Source: Dictyostelium discoideum (Eukaryota). Taken from it: a DNA stretch of 64,000 bases. The stretch covers positions 5,984,001 to 6,048,000 of the forward strand of contig CM000152.2 in assembly GCA_000004695.1 (NCBI GenBank), written 5' to 3'. Below the pieces are notes generated by a model. That model made no database searches and had not been told where the DNA came from. It saw nothing but the letters and a program-made list of their open reading frames with translations. Shown piece by piece: positions 11,987 through 26,117 of the stretch (position 1 is the first letter of the stretch; every line of letters begins with the position of its first letter). A program made the position numbers and the translations under genes.

Positions 11987-12204
11987 GGAAGGTTAGATTA
12001 ATAATCCTTTTTTTGGACTTTAAAAAATTACTGTAATTTTTAAAGTCTTTAAAAAAAAAGTTTTTTTTGTAAAAAATAATTTTATAAAAAAAAAAAAAAA
12101 AAAATTATTTAAATTTTAATTACATTTTATTTTGAGTTATAAAACACTATTTTTTTAAAATAAATTAAATAATATTAAATAAAATTATTAATAATGTATT
12201 TTAT

Positions 12205-12241
<37 letters not shown>

Positions 12242-12775
12242 ATAATAATTACCATCTAACAAGTATCGAGTTCGAAGGATATTAAATAAAAAAATGGATA
12301 TATATAAATAAATTAAAAAAATAATAAATAAGTAAATAAATAAATAAATAAATAATAAATAAATGTTATACAAAAGGTGTTGATATTTTTTAAAGGGAAA
12401 AAAAAAAAAAAAAAAAAACTATTTTAGTAAATTTTTTTAAAAAAAAAAAAAAATAAATAAAAAAAAAAAGAATTTTAGTAATTTTACTTCCCAATATGTT
12501 TTTTTTTTTTTTCATAGTTATGCTTTTAAAACACATATTAAAATTAATAGTAAAAATAAATCACACTGTTTAAAAAATTTCCATATCTAGTGGGGTTAAA
12601 AGTAAAAAAAAATAATTATTTTAGATTTTTTTTTTTTTTTTTTTACCAATTTAAAAATAGTTGTACACACGCAATAAGATTTTTTTTTTGTTTTTAAAGT
12701 TTTAAATTTATTACTATTAAGATTTCTTTTTTTTTTTTTTTTTTTTACTTTTTTTTTTTTTACCTTATTATTTAT

Positions 12776-12813
<38 letters not shown>

Positions 12814-12863
12814 ATTACTTTTCTTATATATATAGTGATACTAAATTAATAAATTAAAATTAA

Positions 12864-14409
<1,546 letters not shown>

Positions 14410-15478
14410 CTTTTTTATATTGTTATTGTTTTATTGTTATTGTTGTTGTTGTTGTTGTGGTGGTGGTGGTGGTATAGTGGTGGTTGAGGTGGTAGTAGAA
14501 GTTTAATATATTGTATTACTATTATTACTATTGGTACTATTGCTAAAGGTCGGGTCAACTTAACACTAATGAATCTTGAGCAATGATAATTGATTGTAAT
14601 AAAAAAATAATAAAAAAACAATAATATTTCTATATATTTTTTTTTTTTTACTATTTATTATTTATTATTATTATTATTGGTAATAATAAACGAGTTTATA
14701 GTTAGTATGATAACAATAAAACGTTTGGTGGCGATTATAACAACAGTTATGATGTAAAACTTTTTTAGTGAATTTGACACAACGATGATGTTTTTTTTTT
14801 TTTTTTTTTTTTTTTTGGTTTTTTTTTTTTTTGATTTTTTTTTTTTTTACAAATTTTTTTTAGAAAGAAAAAAAATAAAAGTACATACACAAAAACGAGG
14901 GTATATTTTTATTTTTTTTTATTTTTTTTTTATTTTTTTATTTATTTTTTTTTCTTCCAAAAAAAAAAAAAAAAAAAAAAAAAGAGAGAAGGATAATTAT
15001 GTATGTGTAGATAAAATTACTAATTATCAAACATAAACCAAAAAATTTATAAATAGTTTTTTTTTTTTTTTCTGCTTTTTTATTTTTTAATTTTTTTTTT
15101 ATTTTTTTTTTTTTTTTTATTTTTTTGTGTTTTCACATTGATTTTTTTCTTTTTTGTTTTAAAAAATGAAAAATAATTTAAAAAAAATAGAAATTGATAA
15201 AAAAAAAGATATTTTAAAAATAGTTGGCACAAAAAAAAAAAACCTAAAAAAAAAAAAAAAAGTCAAATATCTAAGACGAGTTATTATGAGAAAAGTGTGA
15301 TTTGAATCCGATTGGGTGTATGCAGCGCTTGAAAAAATAAAAATAAAAAAAAATATTTTTAAAAAAGGAAAAACAAAAAAATAAAAAAAAGAAGCAAACA
15401 AAAAAAAAAAAAAAAAAAAAAAGAAAAGCAAACTGAAATAAAATTAAATAAAAATAAAAATAAAAATAAATTGTAATA

Positions 15479-15766
15479 TTATTGGCTATCAATAAGTTTG
15501 CTTTTGTTGTTTAAAAATGGGTTATTATTATAATTATTGTTGGTATTGTTTTGATTAAAATTATTATTATTATTAATTGTTAAAGGTATAAATTTCTTTT
15601 GGTTTGTTGATTTTTGTTCAAATTTAAGGTTGTGATGTTGTGAATTATTAATTTGTTTTGGTGGCGAAGGTGTAGTAATTAAAGCATTTGGAATCACAAA
15701 ATTATTTTGTGAAACAGAGTATGCAAAATATAGAATAACAATATTTGAATAGATAAATGTTCTCAT
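15479..15766 (-). CDS. Possible small secreted Asn-rich protein (95 aa) with a signal-peptide-like N-terminus (MRTFIYSNIVILYFAYSVSQ).
   Basis: An ORF with a hydrophobic N-terminus followed by low-complexity sequence. No homology is recognised, and it could be spurious in this AT-rich intergenic region. Confidence 0.2.
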   Translation of the reverse strand: MRTFIYSNIVILYFAYSVSQNNFVIPNALITTPSPPKQINNSQHHNLKFEQKSTNQKKFIPLTINNNNNFNQNNTNNNYNNNPFLNNKSKLIDSQ

Positions 15767-15891
15767 TTGTTTTAGTCTGTTGTTTTTTTTATTTTTAATT
15801 TATTTAATTTTTTTAGTTTTTTTTTTTTTTATTAAAAAAAATAATTATAGGTTTTATTTATATGATTAATATAATATAATATAATAAAATG

Positions 15892-15932
<41 letters not shown>

Positions 15933-16044
15933 ATATTTTTGATAAATAAAATAATAAAAAAAAAAAAAAAAAAAATAAAAATAAGAAAAAAAAAAAAAAA
16001 AAAAAACAAAAAAAAAAATAGAAAAATAATAAAAAAAAAAATAA

Positions 16045-16073
16045 GTGGGATGGTGTGTGGTTGTGGGGTGAGT
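16045..16073 (+). promoter_or_regulatory. GT-rich G-box-like motif (gtgggatggtgtgtggttgtggggtgag) directly after a poly(A) run.
   Basis: Seen directly. It resembles the GT/CACCC-type G-box elements of Dictyostelium promoters. Function is not established. Confidence 0.25.
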
Positions 16074-16292
16074 TAATAATACTATCAAATTATTTGAAAA
16101 AAAAAAAAAAAAAATCATTCCAAAACAATGAAAGATATTTTATTGCTTTTTTTTTTTTCTATTAATACATCATTTATCTAAACTTTACTTTTTTTTTTTT
16201 TTAAATTTTTTTGAATATATTGTTTGAATATATAAATATTACTTTTTAAATAAATATAGTATTATAATTATGTAATTGATTAACTTTGAATA

Positions 16293-16323
<31 letters not shown>

Positions 16324-17078
16324 TCAACAGAAATTGTCAATAAAAAAATCAAACTTGAGGAAATCTATTAAATTGATTTAAAAATATTAAATTAAATTTT
16401 ATTTTGGAATTTCTTTATTTGGAAAATAAATTAATTTAAATTTTTTTTTTAATTTTTTTTTTTTTTTAAATTAATTTTTTTTTTTTTTTTTTTTTTTTTA
16501 AATGGTAATTACACAAAATGGTTAAAAAAAAAAAAAAAAAGAAAAAAAAAGTAAAAAAATTAATTCTAGTAAAAAGGAAAGATCTACCTTTATTAATTTT
16601 TTTTATTTTTTTTTTTAAAATCGAAAAATATTTTGAATAAAAAAATAAAAAAAAATAAAAAAAAAAATAATAAAATAATTAAAATTAAATAAATCAACAA
16701 AATTGAAAATATCTATTTTTTTTTTTTTAGTAGCCAACCAAACAATTAATTAAAAAAAAAAAAAAAAAAAAAAAAGTTATTAAATATTTTAAATTTAATT
16801 TTAAAAGAAATAATTAAGAATAATTATTTTTTTTTAAATTTCAGAAATGATTATATAAATTTCTATTTTCATAAAAATGGGAAATATAAAAAAAATTTGG
16901 AATTTAATTTTTTTTTAAATTTTTTTTATTTTTTAAAACATCACCACGCAATTAATTATTTTTATTTTCATATTTTAATATTTTTTTTTTTTTTTTTTTT
17001 TTTATTAAACATTAAAAAAAAAAAAAAAAAATAAATATTCATTCATTAAAATCATAATAATAATATAAAAATTATATA

Positions 17079-17232
17079 ATGACAGAGGTTGAAGAAAACT
17101 TTTTTAAATCAGTTGATTTACATAAAGATTTTTCAGAAGATTTAAATAGAGTTAAAAATTTTAAAGAAAGAGCAATTAAAAATAATGCAAAGGTTATTTT
17201 AATTACAGTAAGCTAGATTGATCCCATTATCA

Positions 17233-17268
<36 letters not shown>

Positions 17269-18350
17269 TTTTTTTTTAGTTATTTAATTAATTATTATTT
17301 TTCCAATAGTCAGGTGGTACGATTGTACCATTTGAAAAGAATATGGTTAGATTTTTAGATAATTTTAGTGGTGGTAATCGTGGTGCAACAACAGCAGAAT
17401 ATTTTTTACAAAAAGGATATTATGTATTATTTTTATCAAGAAAGAATTCCCTTCAACCGTTTGTAAAGAATTTAATGTTACATGAGACCAACTTCTTTAC
17501 ATATTTAGGTATAAATGAAAATGATGGTGGTAATGGTAGAAATAATAATAATAATAATAATGAAAATGAATTTAAAAATGATAATGATACAATTTTATCA
17601 CCGTCGTTGGATGTTATAAAGAATCATGTTTGTATTGGTGAAGATTACTATTATGAAGTTTCAAAAGAGTATTTAAAATGGAAGAAATTCTGTGAAAATG
17701 GTAGTTTGGAGAGAGTTAATTTCGAAACTGTTGGTGAATATTTATATTTATTAAAAAACATTTCAACTGAGTTATCAATTTTAAAGAGTAATTTAATAGT
17801 GTATGCAGCGGCTGCAGTATCAGATTTCTATATACCATTGGACATGATGGCACAACATAAAATTCAATCAAAGAATCAGTCATTGACAATCACATTGGAT
17901 CCAGTGCCGAAAATGATTAAATTCTTAGTAGACAATTGGTGTCCAAATTCATACATTGTCACATTCAAATTAGAAACTGATCAAACCATTTTAAATGAAA
18001 AATGTTTAGCATCATTATCAAATTATAATCATCAATTAGTAATTGGTAATCTATTATCAGATTACAGAAATTGGGTAATATTTCATCAACAACAATCTAA
18101 GCCAATAATTGTTAAAAGAGAACTAACACAATTCCAAATTCAACAACAACAAAAATTATCACCATCATCTTCTTATTCTTTAAAAAATGATAATCATGAT
18201 CATCATCATGATCATCATCATGATCATCATGACCATGATCATCAACATCAACAAAAACAACCAATTGGTGTTGATCATCCAATTGAATATAATATTGGTG
18301 AAAAATTAATTGAATTACATAATGAATTTATTAATAAAAATAGTAATTAA
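17079..18350 (+). CDS. Phosphopantothenoylcysteine synthetase (PPCS, CoA biosynthesis), about 389 aa. Exons 17079..17207 and 17310..18350. C-terminal His/Asp repeat tail.
   Basis: Exon 1 [43 protein letters not shown]|gtaagc. Acceptor ccaatag|TCA gives [47 protein letters not shown], collinear with human PPCS (VTSGGT...VRFVDNFSAGRRGATSAE). Confidence 0.8.
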
Positions 18351-18358
18351 TTTTTTTA

Positions 18359-18604
18359 TTATATTTTTTTATTTAAATAATTTGATTGATTTGAAATACT
18401 TTGCATTTGAATACAAACACCTTTGAATTCATTTAAAAGTGATTCCATTCTTTTAATTTTTCTATTATTTTGACTTGCAATTGTAATATTATCTAAAAAT
18501 AATTGGAAATAATTATTATTAATTTGAAGTAAAATTTCATTCTCTTTTTCATAATGTGATATTGTTGATTCAATTTTTAATAAAATTTCATTAAATGGTT
18601 TTGG

Positions 18605-18664
<60 letters not shown>

Positions 18665-18949
18665 TAAATTTACTACAAAACTTGTACATTGAGAAAAGAT
18701 TTGATTTTGGTAATTTCTTAATAATTTAATATATGGGTGAGTAGATTCACAGTCAATTTCAAGTTCACTATCATTTGAATCATCTTGATTTAAAAATTCT
18801 ATATTATTTGTTGGTGGAAAGTCATAATCAGCATCATTATCTTGAAAGAGCATTTGAGAGGATTCATTAACAGAAGAAGCAATCTCTAAGTATTTAGTAT
18901 TTGAAATATAATAAAGTGAGTTTTCGTTATTTAAATTATTAAAATTCAT
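18359..18949 (-). CDS. Hypothetical protein, 196 aa, with a poly-Asn tract. Single exon.
   Basis: Complete ORF from ATG to stop. It is convergent with PPCS, and the two stop codons are only 8 bp apart. No family is recognised. Confidence 0.45.
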
Positions 18950-19093
18950 TTTATTTTATTTTATTATTTTATTTTATTTTATTTTTTTTTTTGGATATTT
19001 ATTTAAAATTTAAAAAATATTTATCGTTGGATGAATGATTATTATTTTTTTTTTTTTCATTGGTGTTTACATAGTTTTTTTTTTTTTATTTGG

Positions 19094-19195
19094 GTGGTGT
19101 CAGTATTTATTTTTTGGGGTGTCAGTGAAAGAATATATTTTTTCATAGAAATATCTTTTTTTTTTTTTGATATTTTTTTTATTTTTCACTGACAC
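19094..19195 (+). promoter_or_regulatory. Cluster of GTGTCAGT(G/A) motifs: two direct copies (19094..19104, 19117..19130) and a perfect 12-bp inverted copy (tttcactgacac, 19184..19195). Lies in the divergent intergenic region between the 18949(-) gene and midA.
   Basis: Read directly. gtgtcagtgaaa and tttcactgacac are exact reverse complements. Confidence 0.35.
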
Positions 19196-19475
19196 TTTAT
19201 AGGAAAAAAAAAGATATTCCAATATTTTGAATAGGAAAATGAAGAACATATTTATTATAAATCAGATAAAATTATAATTTAAATATTCATTAATTTTTAT
19301 TTTTAAAGAGTATATTTATGGGAAAAAATAAAAAAAAAAAAATAATTAAAATAAAAAAAAAAAAACAAAATATTTTTTTTTTTTTTTCAAGAGCAATAAA
19401 AATGATGTTTTTTTCATAAATTTGTGAAAACAAACGCAAAAAAAAAAGCGTAAAATTTCATTTTAATTAATAAAT

Positions 19476-21040
<1,565 letters not shown>

Positions 21041-21173
21041 ATAAATCTATTTTTATTTAAAACTATTAATTAGTTTAGTTAAGATTTTTATTTACAATTT
21101 AATAATAATATTATTATTATTATTATTTTAATTTCTAAGAAATAGAGAAGGTGAAAAAAAAAAAAAAAAGGTT

Positions 21174-21638
21174 TTACATATAATGGTCATTATCAAAACC
21201 TGGTGGAGTAAAATCATCTCTATCTGGCATTCCTCTACCCCTACCACTTGGTGGAATTCCACCAGTTGGTGGACCAAATGGATCGAATCTAGCACCTGGA
21301 GGAACAGCACCTCTTGGTAAACGTTGTTCATAACCAGGTAAACCTGTACCATATGGATTATTTCCTCCACCATATGGATTATGAATATTGCCAAAACCTG
21401 GATGATCACGACCTACTTGACCACCTTGTCCTGGAAACACTCCAGGTCCTCTTGTTTGGCCTGGATAAAATGGTGGATTATGACCAAATACAGGGAATCC
21501 AGGTGGATAAAGATCAGGATCTTGATCACCACCACCATTAAACCCTCCTCTATATCTATTACTACCCCTTTGTGGATCACCAACTCTAAGAGGATCATCA
21601 TCTTCAAAATCACGTTGATTATTTGGTGGTCTTCTTTC

Positions 21639-21670
<32 letters not shown>

Positions 21671-22260
21671 GCTGTGGTTGTTGTTCTTGCATATTAGTTG
21701 GTATTCTAACTAAACCAGGAACTAATGGATTTATTATACTATATTCAAAAATTGAAATAAATTCTTTTAAATTTAATAATAAATTTTCAACATCCTTATA
21801 TTCTGTATTTTTAACTAATTTATCAGTACTATTATTTTTATTATTATTTTATGAATGTTAAAAATAAAATATTAGTATTAATACTCAGTATTCATTCATG
21901 AATTATTATTATTATTATTATTTTATAAACTTACTCAACATCTAGTGTATGGATTTTATCATTTTTATCTTTTATCATTGCATTTACTAATAAGAGATTA
22001 CCCATTCTTAAACATTTGAAATGAAAAGTTTTACCAGGTGCCAAATGATTAATTAAATCTAATGTATATGAATCTGCATTGGAATTCCAATTCGTTGGTA
22101 CAACTTTATCATTTGTTTCTTCTCCTCCTTCTAATTTGAATTCGTGTTTATTTAAAATTAATGCTATTACTAATACTGCAACATCATATTTATCCCTAAT
22201 CCCAATTGAATTATCATTACCAATTAATGATTTTAAACGTTCTTTTATGAAATTTTCCAT
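21174..22260 (-). CDS. Proteasome inhibitor PI31 (PSMF1) homolog, about 326 aa. Exons 22260..21935 and 21828..21174.
   Basis: N-terminal FP-like domain ORF (21931..22260) plus a Pro/Gly-rich C-terminus with LPRGAVPPGARFDPFGPP, identical in core to human PI31 PPGAVPPGARFDPFGP, and terminal PPGFDNDHYM (cf. PPGYDDMYL). The exons join via GA|gtaagt (the donor overlaps an in-frame TAA) and an aataatag|T acceptor, in phase 2. Confidence 0.8.
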
Positions 22261-22653
22261 TATTTATTTGTTTATTATTATTATTATTTAATTTATTTAT
22301 TATGTGCGACTTCACAAAAACAAACATGTTTTAATTAAAAAAAAAAAAAATTAAAAAAAATTAAAAAAAATTAAAATAAAATAAAATAAAAAAAAAAATA
22401 AAAAAATTAAAATAAAATAATTGAATTAAATTTAATTTAAATAGCCAAATTAGGGAAAAAAAAAGATATTTATAATAAATGGCCTTCTCCCTTTATAAAA
22501 TTAGAATCTTTTCCTTTCCATTTTAATAAAAAAAAAAAAATAATAAAAAAAATAAAAAAAAATTACAACTAGGTTAACAAAATAAAAGTTAACTCGAACC
22601 ACAATGCTCAAAAATATCATCTTGGAACTGGTGTTTTCTTCCAATTTTAAAAC

Positions 22654-22723
22654 TGATTTTTAAAACTTCATTTTTCAATTCTAATGATTTAATTGAATTT
22701 GATGAAATTCTATTTAAAACATG
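22654..22723 (+). repeat. Direct-repeat copy 1 (about 70 bp) upstream of the TIP30-like gene. Its partner is at 23963..24028.
   Basis: ...aatgatttaattgaatttgatgaaattctatttaaaacatgg versus ...aatgattcaattttgaatttgatgaaaatgctatttaagacattg, about 75-80% identity. Confidence 0.6.
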
Positions 22724-23025
22724 GTAATTAATTTTTATTATTAATTTTAATTAATAAAAAAAAAAAAAAAAAAAATTTAAAATATCAGCTTTAAAACTTG
22801 TTTTTCAAGACCACACAATAATATAACATTATTTATCAAATTTGTAACATCTACCACTTCTAATTTTTTTTTTGCTTAACATAATGAAGATTGTAAAAAA
22901 CCAAAATTTTTTTTTTTTTTTTTTTTCCCACATATGAATTTGTTGTTCATTGTGGAAAAAATTTTACCTTTTTCGAAATTAAATCCAACCACCTTAACAA
23001 TTTACACCCAATTACATTTTGAGAG

Positions 23026-23077
<52 letters not shown>

Positions 23078-23140
23078 CAATTTTACAAGTTTTTTTTTTT
23101 TTTTTTTATCAAATTAATAATTATTAAAAAAAAAAAAAAA

Positions 23141-23848
23141 ATGAATGTAATTTGTATGGGATCAAGTGGGTTTGTTGGAAAAGAAGTTTTAAAACAATTA
23201 ATTAAAAATGAAAATATAAATAAAATAACATGTATTGTTAGAAAACCATTAACAGATATTGAAGATAATGTAAAAACTAATTTTATAATTCATAATGATT
23301 TTTTAAATTATTCAGAAGAATTTTTAAAAGAATTAGTTCAATCTCATCAAGCATGTATTTGGACAATTGGTGGTAGAAGAAGTCAATTTCCAACAAAAGA
23401 AGAATACGAAAAAGTTTCAATTGACTATACAATTACATTTGCAAATGGTATTGTAAATGCACTAAAATCAAAAACTCAACCACCAACTCCATTCACATTC
23501 ATTTATTGTAGTGGTATGGGTGCAAATGAAAAAGCAAATGAATCAATTATAAATAGAATTGAAATTGAAACTAGGGTTGTTAAAGGTAAAGTTGAAAGAT
23601 CATTAACAGAAATTCAAAATTCAAATTCAAATATTTTTAATCTTTTAATATTCAGACCAGGTGGTATTACTGAAAATCAAAATAATTTTATTCAATGGTT
23701 ATTATCATCTTTCACTGTTGATTTATCACATTTATCAAATGTAATAATTAATAAATTAATTAATTCAAATCAAAATACAACATCAACAACAACAACAACC
23801 ACAACAACAACAATATTTTTTAATAAAGATATTTATAATTATAAATAA
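23141..23848 (+). CDS. NAD(P)-binding Rossmann-fold oxidoreductase, HTATIP2/TIP30-like. 235 aa, single exon.
   Basis: N-terminal GSSGFVGKEVL dinucleotide-binding motif, and ...LLIFRPGGI resembling the TIP30 FRPGVL motif. Confidence 0.55.
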   Translation: MNVICMGSSGFVGKEVLKQLIKNENINKITCIVRKPLTDIEDNVKTNFIIHNDFLNYSEEFLKELVQSHQACIWTIGGRRSQFPTKEEYEKVSIDYTITFANGIVNALKSKTQPPTPFTFIYCSGMGANEKANESIINRIEIETRVVKGKVERSLTEIQNSNSNIFNLLIFRPGGITENQNNFIQWLLSSFTVDLSHLSNVIINKLINSNQNTTSTTTTTTTTTIFFNKDIYNYK

Positions 23849-23962
23849 TTAATTAAATCTGGAAAAAATAAAATTTTTTTTTGTTTTATAATGGGGTACC
23901 TCTTCTAAAAATTTTCTTTATTTTTTGAATTTTCAATTATTTATTTTTTAAAATTTAATATT

Positions 23963-24028
23963 GATTTTTCATATTTTAATATTAATGATTCAATTTTGAA
24001 TTTGATGAAAATGCTATTTAAGACATTG
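23963..24028 (+). repeat. Direct-repeat copy 2, partner of 22654..22723, downstream of the TIP30-like gene.
   Basis: See copy 1. Confidence 0.6.
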
Positions 24029-24279
24029 AAATTGTTTTTTATTATACATTTTAAATATTACTAAAATAAATTAGAATTTAAATTTTATTTTTATTTTTAT
24101 TTTTATAATAATAAAAATATATTACCAAATCTTAATAGAAATTAATAAATAAATTTTATTTTAAATATAAAAAAACAATTCTAATTTAATTTAAATATAA
24201 ATGAGTGTGCTATAGAATGTATCTAAAAATTAGGTTTAACACACACAAAAACGATAAAAATCTTTAACATTGTCGTAAG

Positions 24280-25450
24280 AACTCATTGATTGTAATGCTG
24301 TTACAATTTAAATACATGGTAACAATTTAAATACATAGTATCTTCAACTTCTTTATTTTGCGTTGAAATTCGGGTGGAATATCTTTAGATTGTTCATTTT
24401 TAAAGGGTGTTGGAAATGGTTGTAAGGAATCTTTTAATTCTTCGTTTTCTCTTTTAATAACAATAGTTTAAATTTCTTTGTCTGGTGATTTATTAAAATT
24501 TGATTCTTTTTCTTTTTCTTTTTCATTTTCTTCAATACCATCAGTTACATTTTTGAACATTTTATTTGCAGCCTTTTTTTGTTTTTAATGGGTTTAACTA
24601 AACCTAAATCAAAAAATATAAACTTTTCTTCATTGATATATTTATATTTGCCAACATGTCTTAATGATAAACTGAATGTAAATAACCTGATTCTGAAAAT
24701 TGTTTACAAGCTTCCATTAATCTTTAAAACCATCTTTGTTGTAATCATCAGAGGTTTATAAAATGGCATCAATAAACAAGGCTCACCATTAATTAAAACC
24801 TAGGTTTTGATTCCCCAAATATCAGACCAAGGTTTACTTTCTTCATTAATAACCGATATATCTTTGTTTTTGACGAAAAACTTGATTACAAATGCTTTGG
24901 CTTGTCTGTTAATTGCTCACCATGCTTTACCATCAATACCTGAACCTAAATCTTAAATTAAATAAATCTTTTTATTATTTTTCTCGTCTTCAATATCTTC
25001 AATTACATATGATATTGATACTGTATTATAATTATTATTATCTTTATTTTCATAATCAGTAAAACCAATTTTATATATTTTTCTGCTCAATCATATGGTC
25101 AACTCTTTGATTACATGCTCTTTCTCAAACATATGCACAGTGTATCCAATATTTTTGGTATAAGCTGCTACTTTGAAACTAGAATCGCATGGTTGGATGG
25201 TAACAAATTCGTTGAAACTGAAAAACTTGAAGAATTGTCAAGTATGCCCATATCAAAATTAAATTCACTATTCCTTAATCAAACTCAAGTTCCATTAAGA
25301 CTCAAACTGGATGATACAAATAAATCAGTTTCATGTCATCAATTCTGTAAAACCAATAATATTAGTAGATTCTTATTTGTATCACCAAAAATAACTTACA
25401 CTGATCGTACCTCAAATATCAATTTTTTTTATTTTATTTTTTCAAAAATT
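24280..25450 (-). pseudogene. Decayed coding relic. The segment is GC-richer and its long reading frames (mainly on the minus strand) are broken by stops and frameshifts. It may be a transposable-element or gene fragment.
   Basis: Minus-strand conceptual translation gives ...IYKIGFTDYENKDNNNYNTVSISYVIEDIEDEKNNKKIYLI*DLGSGIDGKAW*AINRQAKAFVIKFFVKNKDISVINEESKPWSDIWGIKT*VLINGEPCLLMPFYKPLMITTKM... It contains a 2x tandem 21-mer (aacaatttaaatacatRgta at 24298..24340). No family was confidently recognised. Confidence 0.3.
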
Positions 25451-25695
25451 TAAAAGAATTTTGCCAAATTAAGTAATTAATTTTTTATTTTTCAGTTAAA
25501 ATTAAAAAAGATAAGGAAAAATAAAAAAAATAAAAAATAAAATAATTTAAGAAGATAAACGAAAAAAAAAATAAATAAATAAATAAATAAAATAAATAAA
25601 TAAATATATAGATTTAAAAAAAAAAAAAAAAAAATTTTCAAAAGTGCCGAGGCAGCGTAGGTGTTAAGGTATTCATTTTATTATAGACTATTTAA

Positions 25696-25878
25696 GGTAT
25701 TACTGAAAATCAAAATAAATTAATTCAATGGTTTCTATCATCTTTCAGTATTGATTTATCACCATGTAATAATTGAACAATTAATTAATTCACAAAAAGT
25801 AAATCAAAAACAACAACAACAATGATATTTTTAATAAAAATATTTATAATTATAATTAATTAAATCTGGAAAAATAAA
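25696..25878 (+). repeat. Diverged duplicate (about 85% identity) of 23663..23874, that is the last 180 bp of the TIP30-like CDS plus its 3' flank. A gene-fragment copy 1.8 kb downstream of the parent.
   Basis: ggtattactgaaaatcaaaataa(a/t)tt(a/t)attcaatggtt...atttataattata(a)ataattaattaaatctggaaaaa(a)taaaa is present at both sites. Confidence 0.8.
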
Positions 25879-26034
25879 AAAAAAAAAAAAAAAAAATATT
25901 TATAACTTGAGGTCCCAAAAAATAAAAAAAAAATTAAAAATGAAATAAAATTAAAAATAAAAATAAAAGAAAATTGAAAAAAAAAAAAAAAAAAAAAACG
26001 AGTCACTTTTTTTTTTGTCGGTTTTTTCATTTTT

Positions 26035-26074
<40 letters not shown>

Positions 26075-26117
26075 TAATTATTATTGCAACATATATATTT
26101 TTTCAAAAAAAATAAAT

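Noticed and set aside
14415-16118. Cluster of short F/K/I-rich ORFs (14415..14621, 14785..15036, 15159..15492, 15858..16118) and similar ones at 6687..7305, 12188..12373, 34387..35171, 46352..46594, 50179..51043
   Set aside because: These are translations of homopolymer and AT-rich intergenic DNA. They have no codon structure, no start context and no similarity to anything.
21314-21713. Plus-strand ORFs 21314..21541, 21381..21713 and minus-strand ORF 21413..21613
   Set aside because: They are alternative frames or the antisense strand of the PI31 Pro/Gly/Gln-rich exon. They are low-complexity translations (poly-L, poly-H) with no start context.
25640-25682. GC-rich 35-mer (gtgccgaggcagcgtaggtgttaagg) resembling the 5' acceptor/D-arm of a tRNA-Ser/Leu, sitting at the edge of the duplicated gene fragment
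   Set aside because: No D-stem complement, anticodon arm or T-loop (GGTTCGANTCC) follows, so it does not fold as a tRNA. At most it is a truncated fragment.
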